Assembly (NCBI GenBank): GCA_046758085.1
Contig: JBHHZP010000002.1
Coordinates: forward strand, 1 to 55,418
Source: Acidiferrobacterales bacterium
Lineage (GTDB): Bacteria; Pseudomonadota; Gammaproteobacteria; Acidiferrobacterales; SPGG2
DNA: 55,418 nt
Direction: 5' to 3'
The position numbers and the translations under genes are program-made. Under the pieces are notes generated by a model that saw only the letters and a program-made list of their open reading frames with translations, searched no databases and had not been told where the DNA came from. Shown piece after piece: positions 11,495 through 21,031 of the stretch. The first letter of the stretch is position 1. Every line of letters begins with the position of its first letter.

Positions 11495-12499
11495 TTGAGT
11501 TATTTCACGCAGACAAAGATTGATTTTATCGGCACCCGCAAGCTGCCGATGGCTGTGTCGGCATTGTTGATCATCGGCACCTTCGTGGCCCTGTTCACGC
11601 GCGGCCTGAACTTCGGTCTGGATTTTACCGGCGGTACGCTGGTCGAGCTGAGCTACGCAGACCCAGTAGAGGTCTCCGATGTGCGGCAGGAGCTGGCGCA
11701 AGGCGGCTTTTCCGATGCGGTGGTCCAGCATTTTGGTAATGCACGTGACGTGATGGTGCGCATACCCTTGAAAAAAGACAAAGCAAGCGCTGCCATCAGT
11801 GAGGAGGTAGTGTCGGTCCTGAGAAAGGCGCGCAACGAGATCGGTGTGGAGAGTCAGCCGGGCAAGGCGCAAAGATGTTCCGCAGGCCCCAATAGGTCCA
11901 TCGTGGACTGTCAGGTGCAGGTGCGGCGCGTCGAGTTCGTCGGCCCGCAGGTCGGCGAGGAGCTTGTGGAGAAAGGGGGGCTGGCGCTGATCTACACCCT
12001 CATCGCCATTCTGGTCTATGTGCTGTTCCGGTTTGAATGGCGCTTTGCTGTCGGCTCGATCGTTGCCGTGGCGCACGATGTCTTGATCACCTTCGGATTC
12101 TTCTCCATTACACAGATGGAGTTCTCGCTGTCCGTGCTGGCGGCCATCCTCGCCGTGCTTGGCTACTCCCTCAACGACACGATCGTCGTTTTTGATCGGA
12201 TCCGTGAGAACTTCCGGCGAATGCGCAAGGCAAACGTGGTAGACACGATGAACGCGTCGATCAACCAGACTATCTCGCGCACCATCATCACCTCCGGCAC
12301 CACGATGCTGACGGTGCTGGCCTTGTTTTTCCTCGGTGGCGAGATTATGCGTGGATTCTCGACAGCCTTGATCGTGGGGATTGTCGTCGGAACCTACTCC
12401 TCTATCTATATCGCCACGCCGACCGTGCTGGCGCTCGGAATCTCACGGGAAGACTTGCTGCCGGTAAAGAAGGAAGGTGCCGAGCCGACTCGGCCCTGA
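11495..12499 (+). CDS. secF: protein translocase subunit SecF
   Basis: IDFIGTRK, GLDFTGGT, VEFVGPQVGEEL, YSLNDTIVVFDRIREN. TTG start in the ORF track. Confidence 0.9.
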   Translation: MSYFTQTKIDFIGTRKLPMAVSALLIIGTFVALFTRGLNFGLDFTGGTLVELSYADPVEVSDVRQELAQGGFSDAVVQHFGNARDVMVRIPLKKDKASAAISEEVVSVLRKARNEIGVESQPGKAQRCSAGPNRSIVDCQVQVRRVEFVGPQVGEELVEKGGLALIYTLIAILVYVLFRFEWRFAVGSIVAVAHDVLITFGFFSITQMEFSLSVLAAILAVLGYSLNDTIVVFDRIRENFRRMRKANVVDTMNASINQTISRTIITSGTTMLTVLALFFLGGEIMRGFSTALIVGIVVGTYSSIYIATPTVLALGISREDLLPVKKEGAEPTRP

Positions 12500-12721
12500 T
12501 CCCCCTCTGGCGGACTTACCGCCGCAAGGTTGAGCGGGCAGTGCGCGCCCGCGTAGCACACTTCGGGCCATATTCTCCAGGCACGCCGACCACTGATCCT
12601 CGAAATTCGTTACTTTGTCGGTCGGGCCGAGAGCCGGCAAAACCGGGCCGCACGCGTCGACTATACGTCGACTATACTTAACGCCGACAAGAACGGCATT
12701 GCCTCAACCTTGGGGGTAAGT

Positions 12722-14191
12722 ATGACTGGTGATTGGTGGATGATCTGGCCAGGCAACGCGGCGTTGTCTGTCCTGCTGCTTTATATTGGCGCTTTGCTCT
12801 TTCTCTATCCGGCGCGACGGCCTCTGCATGGGGTTATTCGCTCCACGACCCGCGCCATCAGCGGCCCGTTACGCCTGGGCGCACGCTGGCTGATGTCGAC
12901 AGCGGAGGAGCTGCGCGCTCGCAACAAGGTGGTACTGTTGTCCCACGGGAAAGAGGAGATCACGCAGGGAATCGAGCGTGAGTTCGAACGTGTGACGGCG
13001 GTGGTTCAGCGCGATCTGCATGATTATCCGGTGCTGCAACGCAAGCTCATGGGCGAGATTACGCGCATCGAGGAAGACTACCAAAAATGCGGAGAGGTAC
13101 CGCCGACGCCCCCAGAATGGACCAAGGCAGTGGCCGCCGTTGCCAAGATCGCGCCAACCGCCGACGGATTGGTGCAAAAGATCCTCGGCGACATCGGCCA
13201 TTCCATCGAGAAAATTCAGGAAAGGGCCATCGTCGAGTACCGCAAGTCCTATGAGGAGCGGCATAAAATTCTGAAAGGGTTTATGCCGTTCTGGCGCTCG
13301 CTTAACCAGACGCTTACCCAGGTGGACCGCAATCTGACGGGCCTGCAGGAAAGCGCATCGAGAATCGACGCGCAGATGGAAAAGTACGAGCAGATCACTG
13401 CGAGCTCGGAGAAGGCTGAGCACGCATTGACCTCCTCGGCGACGACACAGTTCGTAATTGCAAGTGTGGTGCTGGCGATTGCCTTCGGTGGTGCCTTCGT
13501 CAATTACAAGCTGATCGCCCTGCCGATGTCGGCGATGGTCGCCAACGACTTCATCACTGACACCTTGCGGGCGTCGGATATCGCCGCGTTGGTGATCATC
13601 TTCGTCGAGGCAAGCATGGGGTTGTTCCTGATGGAATCGTTGCGTATTACGCACTTGTTTCCTCGTATCAATAACTTGCAGGACAAGATGCGCCGGCGAT
13701 TCATGTGGGTCGCGTTTTCGATCCTGCTCACACTTGCATTCGTCGAGGTCGCGCTCGCCGTGCTGCGTGATGTGATTGTAGCCGCCGGCATAGAGCTGAC
13801 ACGCGATCTTGCCGGGGCGGACGCGGCCGCGGCAGAGGCAGGGATGGTCGAGAAGATCCCTACCGTCGGGCAGATGATTCTCGGTTTTATTCTGCCGTTC
13901 GCGCTGGTCTTCGTGGCGATACCGCTGGAGTACTTTATCAACTCTGCGCGTACGGTTGTGGGCGTGGCGATCGTACTAGCCATTCGCGCCCTGGCGTTTG
14001 CACTGCGGGTGGCGGGTAATATCGTCAAGCAACTCGGTAACCTGCTGGTCAACCTCTACGATGTGCTGATATTCGTGCCGCTGTTGATCGAGCGATTTAT
14101 CAGATCCATGCGCGGGGGGCAGGAAAACGTGAACTTCGCGCATTCCGGCGAGATCACTTCTTTTCCCGCAAAGGGCAGAGCAAGCGCTTGA
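12722..14191 (+). CDS. hypothetical membrane protein (1 TM + ~210-aa coiled-coil-like region + ~6 TM)
   Basis: Long ORF with a clear TM/soluble/TM layout. ATG 12722 is preceded by GGGGGTAAG; the ORF opens at TTG 12710. No family recognised. Confidence 0.7.
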   Translation: MTGDWWMIWPGNAALSVLLLYIGALLFLYPARRPLHGVIRSTTRAISGPLRLGARWLMSTAEELRARNKVVLLSHGKEEITQGIEREFERVTAVVQRDLHDYPVLQRKLMGEITRIEEDYQKCGEVPPTPPEWTKAVAAVAKIAPTADGLVQKILGDIGHSIEKIQERAIVEYRKSYEERHKILKGFMPFWRSLNQTLTQVDRNLTGLQESASRIDAQMEKYEQITASSEKAEHALTSSATTQFVIASVVLAIAFGGAFVNYKLIALPMSAMVANDFITDTLRASDIAALVIIFVEASMGLFLMESLRITHLFPRINNLQDKMRRRFMWVAFSILLTLAFVEVALAVLRDVIVAAGIELTRDLAGADAAAAEAGMVEKIPTVGQMILGFILPFALVFVAIPLEYFINSARTVVGVAIVLAIRALAFALRVAGNIVKQLGNLLVNLYDVLIFVPLLIERFIRSMRGGQENVNFAHSGEITSFPAKGRASA

Positions 14192-14216
14192 TGGGGCGCC
14201 AAACGACGGAGGACAT

Positions 14217-14897
14217 ATGATCATGAAACGCATGCTATCTACGGCACTTGTCGTCACGCTGGGGCTGGCGCTGTTGGCGTCATGCTCAAGCGGTGGGCCG
14301 CCGAAAAACCGGACCCACGGCGTGTACATGCTGATCGATACATCGGGCACCTATGCAGGAGAACTGGACAAGGCGCTCGCCGTGATCAATTATCTCCTGG
14401 GCACGATGAACCCGGGCGATGTGCTGGCGGTCGCCAAGGTCAGCAGCCGCAGTTTCAGTGAAAAAGACATCATTGCCAAGGCGACCTTCACCAGCGACCC
14501 GGTGCGTGCCAATCAGCAAAAGCGCGCCTTCCGGGACAAGATCGACAAGTTCGCCAAAACTATGAAACGCGGCAGCGCTTACACCGACATCACCGGCGGC
14601 ATTATCCAGGCCGCGGAGTTCCTGAATGAGGCCAATCCGGGCCAGAAGACCGTCCTGATCTTCTCCGACATGCAGGAAGAGCTTGGTAAGAGCACGGTTC
14701 GGGATTTTCCGATCGAGCTAAGCGGGATCCGCTTCGTGGCGCTCAACGTGACCAAGCTGCGCACCGACAACGTTGACCCGCGCCGTTACATGGGCCGGCT
14801 CGAGTGGTGGCAGAAACGGGTGACCAACGCCGGCGCCGCGGACTGGCGCGTGGTGAACGATCTCGAGCACCTCGAGCGCATATTTGACAGAAGCTAG
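14217..14897 (+). CDS. vWA-like lipoprotein
   Basis: Lipobox LALLASC. MIDAS-like residues DTSGT ... YTDITG ... LIFSDMQEE. Lies 25 nt downstream of the preceding ORF. Confidence 0.7.
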   Translation: MIMKRMLSTALVVTLGLALLASCSSGGPPKNRTHGVYMLIDTSGTYAGELDKALAVINYLLGTMNPGDVLAVAKVSSRSFSEKDIIAKATFTSDPVRANQQKRAFRDKIDKFAKTMKRGSAYTDITGGIIQAAEFLNEANPGQKTVLIFSDMQEELGKSTVRDFPIELSGIRFVALNVTKLRTDNVDPRRYMGRLEWWQKRVTNAGAADWRVVNDLEHLERIFDRS

Positions 14898-15204
14898 AGC
14901 GCCCGTCGAATAACCCCTTTCCTGGCCGCTGGTGCGCCTCTACGGGCGGTTTCGCGGCGTACATGGTCCCCAATAACCGTAGCGTGGCCAACGGCGGCCT
15001 CGCGTGAGCAATTCGCGAGTACCCCCTAAAAAGCCCGCGGCGCCTGCCGGCTGGCTGGCGCCCGAGAAAAGGGCGGAGACCGGGGTGTGCATCGAGCAGG
15101 CAATCCCGGGCGAAATCGTTTATCCTACGCCGCGTTTGCGCACCCCGCGTCCGCCGCGATACGGGCGCATTGCACCAGTTAACCGACCGGGACCACCGCC
15201 TCCG

Positions 15205-16458
15205 ATGTTTAGCAAAGACATGATCATCGCCGGGTTCGACGATGAGCTGGCTGCGGCGATCGACAGTGAGCAGCGCCGCCAGGAGCAGCAAATCGAGCTC
15301 ATCGCATCTGAAAACTTCACCAGCCCGCGTGTGCTGGCAGCCCAGGGCTCGGTGCTTACCAACAAGTATGCCGAGGGCTACCCCGGGCGGCGCTACTACG
15401 GTGGCTGCCAATTTGTGGACATCGCCGAGCAATTCGCCATCGACCGCGCCAGGCAGCTTTTCGGCGCCGATTACGCGAATGTCCAGCCCCATTCGGGCTC
15501 CCAGGCGAACGTCGCGGCCTACATGGCGCTGCTGCAGCCTGGCGAGACCCTTCTCGGGATGAGCCTTGCCGACGGCGGTCATTTGACGCACGGGGCCAAG
15601 GTCAATTTCTCCGGCAGACTGTTTAATGCCATCCAGTACGGATTGAACCCCGACACGCAAGAGATTGACTATGATCAGCTAGAGCAGCTGGCCGTGGAGC
15701 ACAAGCCGAAAATGATCATCGGTGGCTTCAGCGCATACTCGCGCATCGTTGACTGGCAGCGTTGCCGCGACATCGCCGATCGGGTGGGGGCCTATCTTTT
15801 AGTCGATATGGCTCATGTCGCCGGCCTGGTTGCAGCTGGCCTATATCCCAATCCGGTGCCGATCGCCGATGTCACCACGTCCACTACCCACAAGACGCTA
15901 CGCGGTCCGCGGGGAGGCTTGATTCTCGCCAAGCGCAATCCCGAGATCGAAAAGAAACTGGATTCGATGGTCTTTCCAGGCACCCAGGGCGGTCCGCTGA
16001 TGCATGTAATCGCGGCCAAGGCGGTTGCCTTCCTGGAGGCGTTGCAGCCCGAGTTCAAGGCGTACCAGCAGCAGGTCCTGGACAATGCACGCGCCATGGC
16101 CGCCACGATAATAGAGCGCGGCTACAAGATCGTCTCTGGTGGAACGGATAATCACCTGTTTCTGGTGGACCTGATCGGCAAGGGCATTACTGGCAAGGAT
16201 GCAGAGGCGGCACTCGGGGAGGCCAACATCACCGTGAACAAAAACGCTGTTCCCAGTGATCCGCAGAAACCGTTTGTGACGAGTGGTATACGTGTCGGCA
16301 CACCGGCGATCACCACGCGCGGCTTCGGGATCAGGGAGAGCAGCCGGCTCGCCGTGTGGATCTGCGACATCCTGGACAATCTGGATGACGTATCCGTGCG
16401 TGCGACGGTCAAGCGCGATGTTCTCGAGCTTTGTCGCAACTTTCCGGTGTACTCGTGA
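15205..16458 (+). CDS. glyA: serine hydroxymethyltransferase
   Basis: [41 protein letters not shown]. Start at the internal ATG (MFSKDM...); the ORF opens at 15004. Confidence 0.95.
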   Translation: MFSKDMIIAGFDDELAAAIDSEQRRQEQQIELIASENFTSPRVLAAQGSVLTNKYAEGYPGRRYYGGCQFVDIAEQFAIDRARQLFGADYANVQPHSGSQANVAAYMALLQPGETLLGMSLADGGHLTHGAKVNFSGRLFNAIQYGLNPDTQEIDYDQLEQLAVEHKPKMIIGGFSAYSRIVDWQRCRDIADRVGAYLLVDMAHVAGLVAAGLYPNPVPIADVTTSTTHKTLRGPRGGLILAKRNPEIEKKLDSMVFPGTQGGPLMHVIAAKAVAFLEALQPEFKAYQQQVLDNARAMAATIIERGYKIVSGGTDNHLFLVDLIGKGITGKDAEAALGEANITVNKNAVPSDPQKPFVTSGIRVGTPAITTRGFGIRESSRLAVWICDILDNLDDVSVRATVKRDVLELCRNFPVYS

Positions 16459-16494
16459 GTCGGAGGTGGTAAGCCGCAAGCGCTGATTCGCGGC

Positions 16495-16560
16495 CTTTAC
16501 GTTTACGATTCACGATGTACGATTTAGGATTCAGGTATCACGACTCAAGGTTCACGACTG
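16495..16560. repeat. degenerate heptanucleotide array (glyA-nrdR spacer)
   Basis: TTTACG TTTACG ATTCACG ATGTACG ATTTAGG ATTCAGG TATCACG ACTCAAGG TTCACG. Confidence 0.75.
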
Positions 16561-16561
16561 G

Positions 16562-17077
16562 ATGCGATGCCCTTTCTGTTCCGCTGAGGATACCCGCGTA
16601 GTGGATTCGCGCTTGGCCGATGAGGGCGATTCTGTGCGCCGCCGTCGCGAATGTAACTCCTGTCGCGAGCGGTTTACGACCTATGAGCGCGCCGAGCTGC
16701 GTTTGCCGCAGATTATCAAGTCTGACGGGCGGCGGGAGCCGTTTCGCGAGGACAAGCTGCGCAGTGGCATGAGTCGAGCACTGGAAAAGCGCCCCGTCGA
16801 GTCAGAGGCGGTCGAGCATGTGATCGGCCGTATCCGCCACAAGCTGCTTGCGAGTGGCGAGCGCGAGGTAGGCTCCCGGGCTGTCGGGGAATGGATGATG
16901 GAGGAACTCAAGGAGCTCGACGCCGTTGCCTATGTACGATTTGCCTCGGTGTATCGCAGCTTTGAAGATCTGAACGCCTTCAGCGAGGAGGTGGAGCGCC
17001 TGCAGAATGAGCCCAGTGCCGAGGTGCGCCGTAGGCAGCTGAAGCTTCTCCCCGACAGCAGCGACAAGGATGACTGA
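16562..17077 (+). CDS. nrdR: transcriptional repressor NrdR
   Basis: [42 protein letters not shown] zinc ribbon plus ATP-cone. Confidence 0.95.
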   Translation: MRCPFCSAEDTRVVDSRLADEGDSVRRRRECNSCRERFTTYERAELRLPQIIKSDGRREPFREDKLRSGMSRALEKRPVESEAVEHVIGRIRHKLLASGEREVGSRAVGEWMMEELKELDAVAYVRFASVYRSFEDLNAFSEEVERLQNEPSAEVRRRQLKLLPDSSDKDD

Positions 17078-18170
17078 TGTGGGCCGTGATGAGGTGCACA
17101 TGGCGCGTGCCTTGCGCCTGGCGCGGCGCGGCCTTTATTCGACCGACCCCAATCCGCGAGTCGGTTGTGTGGTGGTCAAGAATGACGAAATCGTAGGAGA
17201 GGGATGGCACGAGCGTGCCGGAGAACCCCATGCAGAGGTGGCCGCATTGCGTGAAGCCGGGGAGCGGGCGCGCGGGGCCAGCGTTTTTGTCACGCTCGAG
17301 CCATGTTGTCATCAGGGACGCACGCCCCCGTGCACCGATCTCCTGGTCCAGGCACAGGTGGGGCGCGTGGTCGTCGCGATGGAAGATCCGAACCCCGAGG
17401 TTAATGGAGGAGGTCTGGCCGCACTGAAAAGCGCCGGCCTGACCGTCGAGGTCGGGCTGTTGCGTGAACAGGCCGAAGCCCTGAACCCAGGGTTCGTGAG
17501 TCGCATGCGCTGCCGTCGCCCGTTCGTGCGCGCCAAGCTTGCAGCCAGCCTGGACGGGCGCACGGCGATGCGCAGCGGTGAGAGCCAGTGGATTAGCGGC
17601 GAGGCTGCGCGTGCCGACGTGCAGCAATGGCGTGCGCGCAGCTCGGCGATCCTGAGCGGAATCGGCACGGTGCTGGCCGACGACCCGGCGCTTACTGTCC
17701 GTGACCTCCAGGCCGGCCGTCAGCCATTGCGCGTGGTAGTGGACACGCACCTCAGAACGCCTCCGAGGGCGCAGCTGTTGGCGCAAGATGGTGCCGTCGT
17801 GATCGCCACCGCCAGTAACGACGGCGAGCGTGCGCAGCGCTTGCAACAGGCGGGGGCGGAGATCGTGCGCCTGTTTGGCGAAAACGGCTCCGTCGATTTG
17901 CACAGGCTGATGAGACACCTGAGCGCGCGAGAGGTCAACGAGGTCTTGTTGGAGAGTGGTGCGACGCTCTGCGGGGGCCTGCTACAGGCGGGATTGGTTG
18001 ATGAGCTTCTGATTTACCTCGCGCCGACCTTGATGGGCGATGAGGCACGCGGGATGTTTAGGCTACCGGGCCTGGAACGTATGCAGGATCGCATTGAGCT
18101 TGAGATTAAAGACGTGCGCGCCGTCGGCCGCGACTGGCGGTTTATTGCGAAAGTGAGGCGTGAGGCGTGA
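17070..18170 (+). CDS. ribD: bifunctional diaminohydroxyphosphoribosylaminopyrimidine deaminase / 5-amino-6-(5-phosphoribosylamino)uracil reductase
   Basis: [21 protein letters not shown] deaminase motif, followed by a reductase domain. ATG overlaps the nrdR stop. Confidence 0.9.
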   Translation: MTDVGRDEVHMARALRLARRGLYSTDPNPRVGCVVVKNDEIVGEGWHERAGEPHAEVAALREAGERARGASVFVTLEPCCHQGRTPPCTDLLVQAQVGRVVVAMEDPNPEVNGGGLAALKSAGLTVEVGLLREQAEALNPGFVSRMRCRRPFVRAKLAASLDGRTAMRSGESQWISGEAARADVQQWRARSSAILSGIGTVLADDPALTVRDLQAGRQPLRVVVDTHLRTPPRAQLLAQDGAVVIATASNDGERAQRLQQAGAEIVRLFGENGSVDLHRLMRHLSAREVNEVLLESGATLCGGLLQAGLVDELLIYLAPTLMGDEARGMFRLPGLERMQDRIELEIKDVRAVGRDWRFIAKVRREA

Positions 18171-18240
18171 AGCGGGAAGTGTTAAGTTTCATGAAGAAAG
18201 TCTTGGAATTGCCCACTCCTTACTCCTCACCCCTCACAAG
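18153..18240. repeat. inverted heptanucleotide arrays forming a long imperfect hairpin (ribD-ribE spacer)
   Basis: Left arm: GTGAGGC GTGAGGC GTGAAGC GGGAAGT GTTAAGT. Right arm: CCACTCC TTACTCC TCACCCC TCACAAG, which is the complement of GTGAGGN units. Confidence 0.8.
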
Positions 18241-18248
18241 TGATTGAA

Positions 18249-18911
18249 ATGTTTACGGGCATTATTCAGGCAGTAGGCACGATCGCGTCGCTTGAGACAC
18301 ATGCGGATGATCGCCGGCTGCGGTTAGGCGCCGGAACGCTCGAGCTGGACGGTATTAGGCGCGGTGACAGCGTGTGCGTGAACGGTGTGTGTCTTTCCGT
18401 GCACGATCTGAGCGGCGAGTGTTTCAGCACCGATGTGTCGGCAGAAACCCTCGGGTGCACGGCATTCTCGACGCTCCGTCCCGGCGATAAGGTCAATCTG
18501 GAGAAGGCGTTAACGCCCGCGACGCCCCTGGGTGGGCACCTGGTCACCGGCCATGTCGACGGCGTCGGTGTGGTCGTGGACCGGCGAGGGGTGGGCCGTT
18601 CTGTCGCTTTTCGCATTCGCGCACCGGAGAACACCAGCAGGTATATTGCCGAGAAGGGATCCATCTGCGTCGACGGGGTCAGTCTCACTGTCAATGCGGT
18701 TCGCGGATCGGAGTTCGATGTGAATATCGTGCCGCATACGCTCGAGCAAACGACTTTGGGCGCGTTTCAGGTGGGTCGGCGCGTCAACCTGGAGGTAGAC
18801 ATAATCGCCCGCTACCTGGAGCGCCTGCTCCAAGGTGATAAGGACAGACCGGAAGGTTCAAAGATCACGGCGGAGTTTCTGTCAAAGCGCGGTTTTATCC
18901 ATGAACCGTGA
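18249..18911 (+). CDS. ribE: riboflavin synthase
   Basis: MFTGIIQAVGTI, GDSVCVNGVCLSV, duplicated domain GSICVDGVSLTV. Confidence 0.9.
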   Translation: MFTGIIQAVGTIASLETHADDRRLRLGAGTLELDGIRRGDSVCVNGVCLSVHDLSGECFSTDVSAETLGCTAFSTLRPGDKVNLEKALTPATPLGGHLVTGHVDGVGVVVDRRGVGRSVAFRIRAPENTSRYIAEKGSICVDGVSLTVNAVRGSEFDVNIVPHTLEQTTLGAFQVGRRVNLEVDIIARYLERLLQGDKDRPEGSKITAEFLSKRGFIHEP

Positions 18912-18959
18912 CCGTAATCCGTGAACCAACCGTCCAAGACGACTAGCGACTTACGAATC
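18906..18959. repeat. degenerate 6-7-nt periodic array (ribE 3' end)
   Basis: CCGTGA CCGTAAT CCGTGAA CCAA CCGT ... GACGACT AGCGACT TACGAAT. Confidence 0.55.
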
Positions 18960-18965
18960 ACCCTG

Positions 18966-19553
18966 CTAGTCGAGCGGCAGGATTTCGTACTCGATCTGGG
19001 CCGAGGCGAGCAAGAACGATCGCCTCTGGCCTTTCTTGGTGAGCACGAGCTCGCTCACCATCTTGTAGCGCCCCGGCGGGGCATCTTCAGGGATCGGTAA
19101 CGGGTTGGCGGCGAGGTAGTAGCCTGTCCGTGGCAACTGCTTGCTGAGATCCTGGATATTGGTGGCAACAAGCGTGCCGTCGTCGGCATAGAACTTGATG
19201 ATCTCCTGGAACACGAAATCTGCATCGTCCTTGCGCTGCAGGAACAGCCGTTTTGTAACAGCGAGATTGTTGCAAGGCCTGGTTGTGGCCGCCTCCGGCG
19301 CTATCTGGTAGAGCCGGGCGATTGCATAGACCCCCTTTTTGGGAAGCGGCGCGTACGTCTGGCGGGCGGCTTTTGTTTGTTCCGTGGAGTAACGGTACGT
19401 TGTCTCGTAGTGTGCCTTCTCGTTTCTCCATTGGTAAAGCTTGCATTGCAACGAGGCTTCCGCAAAACGGCCATGCGCCAGCAGCGCGAAGGCCGTGAGC
19501 ACGAATAAGGCGACCACTTTGCGAGGACGGCAGAAACCAGACCCGGTGTTCAT
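18966..19553 (-). CDS. hypothetical secreted protein
   Basis: 195-aa ORF with a signal-like N-terminus (KVVALFVLTAFALLAHG). Lies 12 nt downstream of the kinase gene on the same strand. Confidence 0.6.
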   Translation of the reverse strand: MNTGSGFCRPRKVVALFVLTAFALLAHGRFAEASLQCKLYQWRNEKAHYETTYRYSTEQTKAARQTYAPLPKKGVYAIARLYQIAPEAATTRPCNNLAVTKRLFLQRKDDADFVFQEIIKFYADDGTLVATNIQDLSKQLPRTGYYLAANPLPIPEDAPPGRYKMVSELVLTKKGQRRSFLLASAQIEYEILPLD

Positions 19554-19565
19554 GCTATGTGACTG

Positions 19566-20873
19566 TTACCGTTCCTGGTTGCCCCACGCTTTTCTGAGAG
19601 GCGCATACTTGTCGTAGCGGGTCTGCTCTTGCGATGCGTTTTGGACTGCCGTTGTCTCTGTTGCGCGGTTAGATTGGAACCAGTAAAAGCCAAGAACAGC
19701 ACCAAGCGCCACGATACCCGCGAGCACTAATCCAAAGCTGCCTAATATTCTGCGTCTGATGCCTGATATTAACTGCCGATGGGGCGCCGGCAGCGCTGCC
19801 CGGGCCGGCTGGAATTGCCGTGCTTTCACCTTGCGGTGGCGAAGCAGTGCTTTGCGAAACTCCACAATGGTCTGAAACCGTCTGTCTGGCTCTTTGGCGA
19901 TCGCCTTAAGAATGACTTTTTCCAGCTCCCTCGGAATTTCGGTTTGATACTTGCTCGGCGGTGGCGGGTTTTCCTGCACATGTGCGTGCATCAGGCCGTA
20001 GTTCGTCTTTCTCTCGAAAGGGAGCCGGCCGGCGACGGCCTCGAACAACGAGATGCCTAGCGTGTACACGTCAGAGCGATAATCCACTGCACGGCCTTTG
20101 ATCTGTTCTGGCGACATGTATAGCAACGTACCCATCATGGCCCCACCTTGCGCGAGACCGTGGTCATGCATCAACTTGGCAACGCCGAAATCCAATAGCT
20201 TCAGGCGGCCGTCTACGGTGATGAACATGTTCGCAGGCTTCAGGTCTTGATGGACGATGCCCGTCCGATGTACGTGTTCCACCCCCACTGACGCCTGTGC
20301 GAACAGGTCGATCGCCTCACTTACGGAAAGGGTCCCTTGGCGCCGCAGCCGTTGCTCGAGCGTTTCGCCATCCAGGTAGTCCATTACCAGCACGAGCCCG
20401 ACGTCTTTTTCCATGAGCGCATGCAGGGTGACAATGTAGGGGCTGTCGATGCGCGCCTGTACCTGGGCCTCTTTGGCAAAACGTCGTACAAATTCGACGT
20501 TTTGGCACAGATGCGGCGGTAGCACCTTGATAGCTACCTTGCGATCGAGCAGCCTGTCGCGCGCCTTGTACACCACACCCATGCCGCCCACACCCGCTTC
20601 CTTGTCGATGACGTAGTGGTCGAGGCAGGTCCCAGGCGCGAGCACGTGCTGCGCGGGCACCACCGACAGTCCGGTCAACGGCGTTGATTTGGGCTTTTTG
20701 GCCGCGCCGTCCACCAGGACTACTGTGCGTGCAAGTTTTTCGGCCTTCTGATTTTTCACTGCAGGTCGATCCCTGTACGGAGTTGAGAAATACCCGCGCC
20801 CCCGCGGCGGCGCCGGCACGTTGCTCGAGGTGGTCGCCAGGACGTTAAGATATATAGTCCATTCTGCCTGCAC
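19566..20873 (-). CDS. Hanks-type Ser/Thr protein kinase, C-terminally membrane-anchored
   Basis: GVGGMGVVYKA, VAIKVL, HQDLKPANMF, DFGVAK, YMSPEQ. C-terminal TM ILGSFGLVLAGIVALGAVLGFYWF. Start uncertain. Confidence 0.85.
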   Translation of the reverse strand: MQAEWTIYLNVLATTSSNVPAPPRGRGYFSTPYRDRPAVKNQKAEKLARTVVLVDGAAKKPKSTPLTGLSVVPAQHVLAPGTCLDHYVIDKEAGVGGMGVVYKARDRLLDRKVAIKVLPPHLCQNVEFVRRFAKEAQVQARIDSPYIVTLHALMEKDVGLVLVMDYLDGETLEQRLRRQGTLSVSEAIDLFAQASVGVEHVHRTGIVHQDLKPANMFITVDGRLKLLDFGVAKLMHDHGLAQGGAMMGTLLYMSPEQIKGRAVDYRSDVYTLGISLFEAVAGRLPFERKTNYGLMHAHVQENPPPPSKYQTEIPRELEKVILKAIAKEPDRRFQTIVEFRKALLRHRKVKARQFQPARAALPAPHRQLISGIRRRILGSFGLVLAGIVALGAVLGFYWFQSNRATETTAVQNASQEQTRYDKYAPLRKAWGNQER

Positions 20874-21031
20874 ATTCTATGCCGGATCGAGCTGTGCTGC
20901 GGTCGGTCACGGTGACTGCAGGCAGAGCAGGCGTTGCCGGACCTGGCTGGCTCGCGGGCGCAAGCATAGGCGGAAATCTGCGACCAAATGGGCCATAATG
21001 GACCTCGCGTGAGGCGTTTGATGAGTGTGTG

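Noticed and set aside
20874-21031. Looked for an FMN (RFN) riboswitch upstream of ribBA
   Set aside because: I could not find the conserved RFN core (GGGCAGGGTGAAATTCCC...CCGGCGGT...AGCCCGCGAGC-like segments). A covariance-model scan would be decisive.
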